This document shows positions 15,690 through 31,916 of a stretch of DNA of 64,000 nucleotides, piece after piece (the stretch's first letter is position 1; every line of letters begins with the position of its first letter). The position numbers and the translations under genes were made by a program. The notes beneath the pieces were generated by a model that worked only from the letters and a program-made list of their open reading frames with translations, had not been told where the DNA came from and ran no database searches. The stretch is from the human T2T-CHM13v2.0 reference genome, Homo sapiens, in assembly GCF_009914755.1 (NCBI RefSeq), contig NC_060932.1; one strand, 5' to 3'.

Positions 15690-17105
15690 TATTTGGCATG
15701 CAATTGAGGAATACTCTGGGGATTCTAAGGGTGCGTGGTAAAAGTGGCCAGAACATCAGGTAGAAAGAAGAGAGTTTATTGTTTTGGGAGTACTTTCTTG
15801 AGATACTGGATTTAACACCCTATCACTCACCCTGGGATGGCTCCTAGAAGCATGGAGAAAGCAGCAACATGGAAAAAGCAACAAACATGGAACAAGCATG
15901 CTTTTCCAAGGGGTCAAGCAGTCTCTAAGCAGCAGGCAGCTGCTAGGTCAGCCCACCACACTTCCATCCACATGGCCAAGAAGGAAGCAATGAGTCCAGC
16001 TGGATCCAGACAGCTTAGCACAGCAGGCAGTAGGAGCTTCAAGTTCACACTGGGTCATCCGTCCTGACCACCAATTTAAAGGAGGTGAGGCAGAGTGGGC
16101 CCAGGTGAGTACTGTTCACGCAGAGCCTCTGTCACAGCTGAGACATTCCAAGCTTAGGACACCCTGATCTTATGTAGGAGCTGCTAACATACCTATCACT
16201 TCTCCCCTCTGGAGATGTATTCTCTTTCATTATCCCAGAATGTCTTGGGGGGGGAGGCAGATTCTAGCTGTCTTATCCTGAAATGTGAGCAAATCTGTTT
16301 TCTGCCTCAGAGCAGCTTTGCTGGTATCGTTGAACACTACTGTCAATGCCTTTTGCTCAAAAGATGTGAAGAAACACCAGAATTGTCTCCCAACATGCAA
16401 AGTGAAATTGAAATGCCAAAATTGCCATGGCAGAAGGAATTAAAAGGCTCAGTGAAGTTGGCGTGCTATGAATATGCCAGGCAAGGCTGGAAGGTCTATT
16501 AGTTGATTATGTTCCATGAAACAGCTAAGAGGATACACCATTTACCAAGACCTCAAGCAACACACTAGCAAAAAGAATCACGAAAATATATTTGTTGGTA
16601 GTTCTATAAACCATAGCTGATTGTAAAGAGGCAATTTTACAGATCTAGGCTCACCGATAATAAAGAAGGCCATAGAACCCTAGAGCAATAGAGGCCAAGT
16701 GGTGAGACAGTCTCTGAAATCAGATGTATGCAACTATTACAAGGAGAGGCAGGATCAGAGTGGTGGCCAAGAAGGACTGATCTGCAAATGTTATGGATGT
16801 GGTTAATAGAACCAGCACCTCTAAAGACAAACAGATGGGCAATACTCATTTTATACTTGCAGAAGAAATAGAGGATGGATGGCCAGAGGCTGAAAACAGT
16901 CTATAAAGTCATAATTGCTTGCACAGTTTCCAGACCTGAGGCAGTTTTCAGACTTGGAAACCATGGACTAAAGAGGAGGCTGGATTTCCAGGAGAAAGCA
17001 TCTTGTAACACAAGGCAAACACAGATAGTAATGATGATTCCCATAGTCCTTCTCCAAAGGGATGGATGCCTGTATACTCATACTCAGGTAACAGTTTATT
17101 GGACA
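15690..17105 (+). mobile_element. ERVL-class internal gag to gag/pro-boundary remnant, interrupted by an LTR
   Basis: gattctaagggtg...gagtttattg; peptide SEIEMPKLPW at ~16401; tttccagacctgaggcagttttcagac and ccttctccaaagggat resemble HERV-L gag/pro. Confidence 0.7.
15885..16395 (-). mobile_element. LTR40-like solo LTR (ERVL class)
   Basis: Reverse complement starts tgttgggagacaattct; it splits the gag remnant; left edge approximate. Confidence 0.6.
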
Positions 17106-18496
17106 CGTGCCAGGCAGCTTCTTGGTCCAAACATCAGCACTCTCAGTTTTAGTTATAAGGAATATTATATGGAGCTCAGGGATCCTGGGAGCTTTTTGGG
17201 GCTGGAGAAAAAAGTCATGCCAAAGGATACTAAGTGAAAGAAAAAACAGTCTGTTAAAATAAAGGAAAATAAAATAAAAAAGGAAGAAAATTAGATTATC
17301 TAAAGTTTAAACTAGGCTAAACCACTAGGGGAAAAAAAGTGAGACATGGTAGAGAACAATAAAGTATAGTCATAATTAAAATAATATTTGCCTGTTGTTT
17401 GGAACAGTGTAATGGAAAGAACTTCATTCTAAGAAAGTTTTCATGAGTTTTTTTTTTATGTGGAGAAACTGTAGTCAGTGAGTATATTTTAATGACTTTT
17501 TTTTTTTTAGTAAAGATGGAACTATTTTAAGTGTTAGCATCTAATTATTTAATCAAAAGACAGATAATTTCTAATGGAGTATGATTAGGATGTTATATCC
17601 AGCCAGCAATAATTCCTATTTGCTGCTAATGAATATATTATATACAATCTTGAGATATGTTTTGTTAATTTAATTGCATTGTCTTACATTCTCTTTGATA
17701 CTGACAGTCTCCAGGGGTAACCCAAGGGGCAGGAGAGAGTTATTTCTATAGAATTTCTGCTCCAGAGAAGTTTCATGTGACTCATGCGCTGCCGGGAAAG
17801 TGCTGTGTGTAGAAGACGAACCAGGAACATTCAGAGCCTGTCACGTAAACGGGGAGAAATATCAATTATATTAAAATTGTTGAAAGAATGAATACATTTC
17901 CTACATGGAACAGGCCTTTACATGTATATGTATAAATCTGGGTCTCTTTTATGTTGTTTGCACTTATATTTTTGTTTATGCATTCAGATTTTGGGATATG
18001 TATGTGTGTGCCTTTGAGAGTGAGGACATGATGGAGCAGCACCTTTGTAAATGTAAGACTTTGAACCATAAAGCAAGCTTGAGAACAAAATAAAACAATG
18101 CAAAGCATTTGAAGAGTCTCTAGTTTCTTCTCTGCCATTTAGCAGCTATTGACGTGGTGAAAATTCCTTCATTCTCTGGGCCTGGGGTTCTTGTAAAGGA
18201 CAAAGGACAACCTCCCCTACCTTAGCACCTCCTCCAAGGAAAATTCTCTCTGTCCTGAGAATGATAAGCACCAACTTAAAAATATGTGTATATATAAACA
18301 TTGAAAATGTAAAGGAGATATGATATATACATAATATACCTATATCCATACATGTGTGTATAATCACTCTCCTTAAAATTTAGAGGCAAGATATGCAAAA
18401 AATCATTAATAGTGGTTTCCTCTGGGGAGTGGAATAAATTTGGGAAGGACATTTTTACTTTTCAATTCATTCCTTTTTCTACTGTTGGAATTTTTA

Positions 18497-18531
18497 CTCT
18501 CTCTTTCTCTCTCTCTGTGTGTGTGTGTGTT
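18497..18531. repeat. (CT)n(GT)n microsatellite
   Basis: Directly visible. Confidence 0.85.
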
Positions 18532-18869
18532 ACATTAGAAAAATAACCTCTCTTAAGTCTTCATATTGTTTCAGCTTGTGTTCTTCTGCACAGTGGGCCC
18601 CATAAGATGTGGTTTCTGTTTCAACATCAGACACAGTCTTTTTCTAGGGCCCAGACAAAACTAGTAACTGCAAAGAGAAAGCAAATCTGAGGGAAGCAGG
18701 TCAGCAACATCTGCCACAGCATTGTGTTCAAAGGGCCTGAGAGATTTGTTTTCGATAAGCTGCAGTAAAACTTATCTGCCTATAGACAGAAAAACAGGTA
18801 AATAAGTCTATACAAATTTTTATTATTTTAACTTAGACTTACAAATTGTTTATATTTGTCCTACTTGCC

Positions 18870-19710
18870 ATATATATTTCTCTTTCTGAAACGTCTGAGA
18901 ATGAGTTTCAGAATTGTGCTTCTTTGCCCCTAAATACTTCAGTATGTATTTCCTAAGAATATACTAAGAATATTCCTAAAAATACAACCACAGTACAACT
19001 ATTCAAACCAGAAAACTTAACATGGATACAAAGCTGTTATTCAATTTATAGTCCATATTCAAATTTTGGTAATTGTTGCAATATCTTTTTTTTTTGAGAC
19101 AGAGTTTTGCTCTTGTTGCCCAGGCTGGAGTGCGATGGTGCGATCTTGGCTCGCTGCAACCTCTGCCTCCTGGTTTCAAGTGATTCTTCCACCTCAGCCT
19201 CCTGAGTAGCTGGGATTACAAGTGCCTGCCACCAGGCCCAGCTAATTTTTGTATTTTTAGTAGAGACAGCGTTTCACCATGTTGGCCAGGCTGGTCTCGA
19301 ACTCCTGACCTCAGGTGATCAGCCCACCTAGGCCTCTCCAAGTGATCCTGCAATATCTTTTATAGCATTTTCCTCAGATCTGTTCAAGAATTACTTGTTG
19401 CATTTAGTTTTCATGTCTCTATTCTCCTTAATCTGGAACATTTCTTAGTCTTTGTCTTGCACGGCCTTGACATTTTTAGGAGAACAGGACATTTATTCTG
19501 TAGAATTTCTTTTAATTTGGATTTGTCTGATATTTCTTCAAGTTTAGATTCACTGTATGCAAGTTTTGGACAAATACTGGAAGACGATTTGTACCCCTTT
19601 TTGAGGTACCTGATGGTCGAGTTGATGTGGTATCTGTAGATTTCTTCACTGTCAAGTTTCTATTTTCCTCTCTGTAACTAATACATATTTTGTGAGGAGA
19701 TACATGCACA
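18870..19710 (-). mobile_element. L1MC4-like 3' fragment
   Basis: cccctaaatacttcagtatgtatttcctaagaa, gttgcatttagttttcatgtctct, gccttgacatttttaggagaacagg. Confidence 0.7.
19090..19344 (-). mobile_element. AluSq/Sp-like, 5'-truncated, with TSD
   Basis: gctcttgttgccc diagnostic; ends ggcctctccaagtg; tgcaatatcttt on both flanks. Confidence 0.9.
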
Positions 19711-19747
19711 CAACACATGCCTATATTTATATATCTATAAAAAACAA

Positions 19748-19940
19748 GCAAGGCCCCATCTCTACAAAAATAAAAATAAAATTAGCTGGGCGTGGTAGCG
19801 CATGCCTGTAGTCCCAGTACTCGGGAGGCTGAGCTAGGAGGATCGCTTGGGCCCAGGAGTTTGAGGCTACAGTGAGCTATAATCATGCCGCTGCCCTCTA
19901 GCCTGGGCCACAGAGCAAGACCCCAAAACCACACAAAAAA
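19748..19940 (+). mobile_element. AluJ-like, linker plus right arm
   Basis: ccccatctctacaaaaa...attagctgggcgtggt...gcctgggccacagagcaagacc. Confidence 0.88.
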
Positions 19941-20374
19941 ACAGTCATACTGATATGATACCTGTAGTTCCTTCCAATCCAGCACTCCAGGGTTTATGCT
20001 TTTCTTTCTCAGTTCCCTGTTTTAACTCTGGTCATATGGAAGAGAGAATGAAGTCAACATACACAAAAGCAGAAAAAACCTGGACAGAAATCCCTGGTGC
20101 TAACGTAAATCCCTCTACACCTGCCTTTCTCAAGGGTTTTGAAAATTCCAGGAAACCCTTCTTTTTCTAACTAGTCTAGTTGGATTTTAGTCTTTTGCAA
20201 CTAGATGATTGTTGACTCATACTGTGATGAGGGAAAATCCAGTGTCATCATGGTCCCTTTGACATTCACCTTTACAAATAGTTTTGCAATGATAACTCAC
20301 TAATTTTTACCTTTGTGGTGTTTTACTGTATCTCCCTGCAGAATTGAGGAGACTGACATTTATTACAATGCCGT

Positions 20375-20530
20375 ACTGCACCATTTAGGCATGACATAAA
20401 ATTTAATCCTTATGATAATTTGTAGCATTAGTAAGAGAATCCTCATTTTGCAGATAAAAGATTTGAGACTGAGAGAATTTAAGAGACTTGTAAGGGACAC
20501 ACGAAACAGAATAAGATCCCTAACCTCTCC
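20375..20530 (-). mobile_element. MIR
   Basis: atttaatccttatgataa...cctcattttgcagataaaag...gactgagaga core. Confidence 0.65.
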
Positions 20531-21464
20531 GTAAATTAATTTTCTTCCCCACACAATTTTGCCTTTTACCTAACTCCTTACCCTGGCAATTCATTCATTC
20601 AACAACTGTTTTCTGAGTACTGTATATGTCGTTCTTTATCAGAGTCAATTAAACAGACTTGTCAACACCTGTCAACCCTGTTGGTTGCTTTAGTACTTTA
20701 GAGAGATTTTAAATTACACTCACATTATAATAGGAAAGTGCTAAAGAAAAAACAAACAAACCCTGAGTCAAAGTTCTTGTACTCAAAGAGTTATAAGTAA
20801 ACTACTTACATTTAAAACCGTATCTGATTTTCTAGAGAAAAAAATACATGTTGATATTTATAGATACTTATTGGTAAATATTTATTGTATACAAAAATAA
20901 TTGTCATGATTTCAGTCCAGATTTCTCAGAGATGGCCCCTTAGAAAGTTTACTTGGAGTAGGTCTGACTCATTTACATGATTCAATCAAGTGGATATGAC
21001 ATCCATACAAATAGTCATAATATTTGAAGGTTATTAAATGATGCTCAAGCAGAAACATGAAACACGATTAAGGATGAATGGTGTGTTTTATGCCCTTGAA
21101 ATCGCTAGGATATGAGATGCCTACGGCTTTGCTCACTCTGCCTCTTGGCCAACCCTGATGAAGACATTCGGTGTCCTTCTGTGCTTTCATGTGTCCCTTA
21201 GCCAGAGCCAAAGAGTCCAGCGCACAGCTGTGCTGGGGCTTCAGAGGTTTTTGGATGCCTCTGTCTTTCTAAGGAAAGAGACTTTCCTTAGAGGACTTCA
21301 CAAGATCAGACAGCTGCTGCCCTGAGTGCTCTAAGTTCTCAGAAACACACCATTTCAAGTTTAGAAATACAGGGCCCACATATTAGAGTCCTTGTTAAAT
21401 CCTCATGAGAAATGAAAAAAGGCTTTCCCCCTACCACTTTCTTCAGCCAGCAAAGAAAAGAAAC

Positions 21465-21665
21465 AAACATTTATTTAAAGTGCCAGATCTTATGCCAGTG
21501 GCACTTTGTACACATTTTTCTTATAATCCTCATAATAACTAAGGAAAATTATTTTAACAATCTCCATTTTGCATGTGAGCAATGGGTTCAGAGGAGTTAA
21601 CGTGAACAAGATCACAAGCTGGAAAAGGACAGTGTCTGCAGTCAAACCGAAATGCCTTTGACTCA
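21465..21665 (-). mobile_element. MIR
   Basis: aacatttatt...aatcctcataataac...ctccattttgcatgtgag...caagatcacaagct. Confidence 0.7.
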
Positions 21666-21907
21666 GTTCAGCCCTTAGAAATCTGCAGTGTGGACTTCCA
21701 AAGTGCCCGCACTCCCTGGCCTTGCAGGACTTGGAAATGTGGCTCATGTATTCATTAGGGTAACTGTCTGATCCATTATTTGTAACGGCTGTGCCTACAT
21801 TCTAATAATAATTGTATGGAATTTATTATTTTAAATTAGACACATGTATTACTGAATATAGTTATTTTTACATAGAAATCTTACTATTTGGTATTACCAA
21901 TAATTAA

Positions 21908-22327
<420 letters not shown>

Positions 22328-22604
22328 TGATGACATGCACTTTTGATAGTTATGATTTTTAATATCCAATATAAGTAAAATCAATATAAAACAACAGTGT
22401 TATTTAATTATGTATTATATTTGTTCATTTTTTGGTAATAATGTAAATATAGCAATAATGGAAATAATATGTAAAAAGAAATCTTACCATGTTTACCCTA
22501 TAGAATAAATACGTTTTTGTGCATTAGAAAGGGGAATATTCTTGTCCTGACTAATTCTGAATAAGCAGTGTATCTGAGGACAATGGGGGAGGGAGTTGCA
22601 TGTA

Positions 22605-22652
22605 AGTGTGCATGTGCATGAGTGTGTGTGTGTGTTTGTACATGAGTGTGCA
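22605..22652. repeat. Imperfect (TG)n
   Basis: Directly visible. Confidence 0.7.
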
Positions 22653-22824
22653 CCCAACATCTCCTGCTGATTGGCTTCTCCTGAGCTATACCACATTTCA
22701 TATTTGGTTAGTTCCTAATACATCACAATAGCAAAGTGCTGTTATATAAATATTAACTATTATATACACACCTACTATATACCCACAAAAATTAAAAATT
22801 AAGAATTAAGAAAAAGAGGTTGAA

Positions 22825-23022
22825 GGGATGCAAGGAAGGGACTGCAAGCCTAGGCATGCAGGCAGCCCCCAGAAGTTGGAAGAGGTAAGGAAAGAGATTC
22901 TCCCCTAGAGCCTCCAGAGAGATCCAGCCTGGGCAACCCCTTGATTTCAGCCCAGTGAAACCCATTTCAGACTCTGGCCCCCAGAACTATGAGAAAATAA
23001 ATCCATGCTGTCTTAAGGCACT
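22825..23022 (+). mobile_element. MLT1C/D-like LTR fragment
   Basis: aaggaaagagattctcccctagagcctccaga...cagcccagtgaaacccatttcagac...aataaatccatgctgtcttaagg. Confidence 0.8.
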
Positions 23023-23197
23023 CAAAAAACCCCAAAAATATTAAATATTAGTGTTTCATTCTTATGAAGTGAAGAGAGTAAAGAAGAAAAAAACCAAAAT
23101 GCTCTTAACTCCCCTTAACTCGGTAAAGTGCTTTGTTTTTGTTTTTGTTTTTGTTTTTGCATTCTAACTTGCATTGATTTGGACTCAGTTAATTTTC

Positions 23198-23528
<331 letters not shown>

Positions 23529-23997
23529 GGACTCAGTTAATTTTCAAACAAACCACAGTCAAATGGTATCATGCTGTTTCTAATTAGTTAAAGAAACACT
23601 TTCCCACAGTGGTTACCGATGGAGGTCTTCCCTTGTGTGCTATTTAAGTCTCTGTGCCATGGTGCCCCAGTCTCTCTCTGCTCTGCCATTTTTCTCTCCA
23701 AGTTCTTTGCCCTCCGTTTCCAAGCCCGGCTCCATATCTTGCCCTGCTGCTCATCCAGCTGGTGGACTAGCATCTCAGTTTGTGTGCTTTTGTACCATAA
23801 CTTTGGCAGGTTTACTAGGTCACCACTTCCTTCTGGTATTTGTCCAACAGTGTTTGAACCACAAGCTTGAGGAAGACCATCTGCAACCTCCCCTAGGTCC
23901 TAAGAGACCAGCAGCCAGGCCCACCAGACAAAACGAAATTTCAGAGACCACTGGGCTGGTATACATAATTCAGCCACCGACAGCATTTGGATCTTTC

Positions 23998-24155
23998 TGA
24001 TCCCGTCTTTCTTTAAAAGGTTTATATTTGGTTCATCCTAGATTTTTTGCATTCATTTTTATTTTTAAAGTATGGTATTAAGATATTTATCTTGATGACT
24101 GAGTTTTCTTGGCCTGAGCCCAATGCCTTACTCACCATAGCCGAGCCCTGCCCTG
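23998..24155 (-). mobile_element. MER96B-like hAT fragment
   Basis: Reverse complement cagggc...aaaactcagtcatcaagataaatat...aatgcaaaaaatctaggatgaacc. Confidence 0.65.
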
Positions 24156-24409
24156 TCTGGCATGATCCTAGATCCCAGCCATCACCTAGCTTCTGAGCTC
24201 CGCCTTTCTGGGTCCGTGAGCCCTCCCTCGTTTTGATTCTTGGAGGATGCTCTCTTAACCCTGCCTACTCCTTGGCAATTTTGCTTTAGTTTGGACTTCC
24301 TGCTCTTGTTATCCTGGACTTTACCTTGATGCCCCTCTGGTGCCCGGTTGTCCTCACTGTGACCACGGGAGGGGGCATCCCTGACCTCTGCCCACAGCAG
24401 TCCTTGTAG

Positions 24410-25146
<737 letters not shown>

Positions 25147-25294
25147 GGCCCCACGGCCTTCCAGTTAGGCCTTGCTTTGTGCTAGGCTCCTTGTAAGAGA
25201 AGGGAACTTTATGAATGGTTCATAAAATTCCATGTGTTATCTCCCGAAAAAGAAGTTTCTCAAAGCAGGGCCTGCACTAAGTACATGCTCTAAG

Positions 25295-25405
25295 GCTCTA
25301 GGGGACAAGGAAACAGATTCCCTCCTAGAGCCTCAGAGGGAGGCAGCCCCGCCGACACCTTGCTTTCAGCCCAGTGAAATCCATTTCAGACTCTGGCCCC
25401 CAGAA
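25295..25405 (+). mobile_element. MLT1C/D-like LTR fragment
   Basis: caaggaaacagattccctcctagagcctcag...cagcccagtgaaatccatttcagac. Confidence 0.75.
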
Positions 25406-26699
25406 GGAAGAGCCTTGTATATATTGTTTGTTTTATTAACAGCTCTAGGCTTAGCAATAGTATGTCCTGACACTTTACATCAATTGCTTGAAATTGGTAC
25501 ATATTTCCACACATAAAGAAACAAATTATAAAGGAGTTGAGGCTGGTTTCAAATTACATTTGCTACATGACACAGGAGTTCTTCTTGGGGCTAGGAACCA
25601 AAGTGGAGGAAGATTCAAGTTTCAAGGTGAGAATTCTGTTCTCCCTTCCAGATAGGATTTGTTGCAGGCAAGATTTTACAGCATGCTGCTGGTGCCTCCA
25701 TTGCCCTTTCTGCGTCTTTCTGCACTTCCCCGGGGGCCCAGGCCTCCTGAGGCAGCAGGTTTCCCACTGTGGTAGCTGCGCCCTGCCCAGGGCTCTCAGT
25801 GGTGCCGTGTACCTTGGGGAGGGACCCTGAGTGTGCCTGGGATTCCCAAGTCCCTGTATTCCAGGACCGCATTCGATCTCCTGACATGTGTGCAGTACCC
25901 GCCCTAGTGTGACCCTGGACTCTTCCTGTCTCTGAACCTCCAGAGTGTCCAATTTCCTTACCGCTGTGCAACCTCCTCAGACCCGGGCCAGCTCAGTGCT
26001 TTGGGTGAGAGAATTTCAGCCCAAGTGACCAGCCTGGTGGGTCACTCCTGTCCTGGCCCCCTGACCTCTTGTACAAGGAGAAGTATGGCCTGCTGAATTT
26101 TCGTTAAGCATGGGGCCCATCGCAGTAATGGCTGCTTACGCTGGTCAGGGCCAGGATCAACACAGGCATAGACATCCCCTGGCATCTCAAAGGTGGGCCT
26201 GAGGGACAGTGACATGTAAGCAGTGGGGGATGGCAAATACATACCAACTGTGGGTTTTTGTTCAATATTCCATATAATCCAATACCTTTTATTTTGAAAT
26301 GGTACTCTGTGTTGGTTAAACATCTTGTAATTGTTTTTCCTGACATATACTCCATCACCTAGAAACAGGTACAAAAATACAATTCTATTTTTAGAAATCC
26401 TGATTGGGCACCTTCTCTTTTGTAACCAAGGCCACATAGAGTGTTTGAGGAAGCTCTGCCTGCGTCCTTTGATGGTGCCCCAGAGCTGGGCTCTGACCCT
26501 GCCCCCAGTGGAGACCTGGCCATCGAGCGGGAACTGGCTGTGGTCTGAGTGGCTCTAGACACCTGGAGTCACTGGTGTGCAGGGGCTCTCAGCCTTGAAG
26601 ATGGAGATGGCAAGGATCAGAGCAAGAAGGAGCAGGAGGAGCCCCAAGAACATGAGAACATTGCCCAAGCCATCAACTAGGAGAATAACCAGAGGACCA

Positions 26700-26800
26700 G
26701 GAGAGGCCTTTGGAGCCACACTGACCTGAGTCCTGACTCTCGGCTCTGCCTTTGATGTGTTGTGTGGCTGAGAGGTTTTCTGTTGTGGGTATTGATGGTG
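26700..26800 (+). mobile_element. MIR 5' part (continues at 33231-33360 after the L1)
   Basis: ggagccacactgacctgagtcctgactctcggctctgcc; downstream gtttcttaacctgtaagatagggataacaatatctacctcataaaattgttttgaggatta. Confidence 0.65.
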
Positions 26801-27051
26801 TTTTTTTAATTTTAAATTTTATTTTAATTTTTATTTATTTATTTTTTATTATACTTTAAGTTCTGGGATACATGTGCAGAATGCGCAGGTTTGTTACATA
26901 GGTATACATGTGCCACGGTGGTTTACTGCACCCTTCAACCCATCATCTACATTAAGTATTTCTCTTAATGCTATCCCTCCCCTAGCCCCCCACTCCCTGA
27001 CAGGCCCCAGTGTGTGATGTTCCCCTCCCTGTGTCCATGTGTTCTCATTGT

Positions 27052-30833
<3,782 letters not shown>

Positions 30834-30896
30834 TTTGATGCTAGCTGGTTATTTTGCACGTCAGTTGATGCAGTTTCTTCATATCACTGATGATCT

Positions 30897-31916
30897 TTAC
30901 AATTTGATATGTTTTTGCAGTGGCTGGTACTGGTTATTCCTTTCCATGTTTGGTGCTTTCTTCAGAGCGCTTGTAGGGTAGGCCTGATTGTGACAAAATC
31001 TCTCAGCATTTCCTTGTCTGTAAAGGATTTTATTTCTCCTTTGCTTATGAAGCTTAATTTGGCTGGATATGAAATTCTGGGTTGAAAGTTCTTTTCTTTA
31101 AGAATGTTGAATATTGGCCACTCTCTTCTGGCTTGTAGGGTTTCTGCTGAGAGATCCGCTGTTAGCCTGATGGGCTTCCCTTTGTGGGTAAGCCGACCTT
31201 TCTCTCCGGCTGCCCTTAACATTTTTTCCTTCATTTCAACTTTGGTTCATCTGACGATTATGTGTCTTGGGGTTGCTCTTCTCAAGGAGTATCTTTTTAG
31301 TGTTCTCTGTATTTCCTGAATTTGAATGTTGGCCTGTCTTGCTAGGTTGGGGAATTTCTCCTGGATAATATCCTGAAGAGTGTTTTCCAACTTAGTTTCA
31401 TTCTCCCATCACTTTCAGGTACACCAATCAAACGTAGATTTGGTCTTTTCACATAGTCCCATACTTCTTGGGGGCTTTGTTTATTTCTTTTCACTCTTTT
31501 TTCTCTAATCTTGTTTTCTCACTTCATTTTATTGAGTTGATCTTCAATCTCTGATATCCTTTCTTCTGCTTGATCCATTCGGCTATTGATACTTGTGGTT
31601 GCTTCACGAAGTTCTCATGCTGTGTTTGTCAGGTCCATCAGGTAATTTATGTTTTTCTCTAAACTGGTTATTCCACTCATCAACTCATCTAACCTTTTTT
31701 CAAGGTTTTTAACTTCCTTGCATTGGGTTAGAACATGCTCCTTTAGCTTGGAGAGTTTGTTGTTACCCACCTTCTGAAGCCTACTTCTAACAATTTGTCA
31801 AACTTATTCTCCATCCAGTTCTGTTCCCTTGCTGGTGAGGAGTTGTGGTCCTTTGGAGGAGAAAAGATGTTCTGGTTTTTGGAATTTTCAGCCTTTTTGC
31901 GCTGGTTTCTCCCCAT
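30897..31916 (-). pseudogene. L1 ORF1, disrupted
   Basis: ATG at 31916 (atggggagaaaccagcgc); GKPIRLTADLSAETLQARREW in ORF 30962-31234. Confidence 0.9.

Noticed and set aside
25537-26562. Cluster of ORFs on both strands
   Set aside because: Explained by stop-codon scarcity in GC-rich DNA; no homology recognised.
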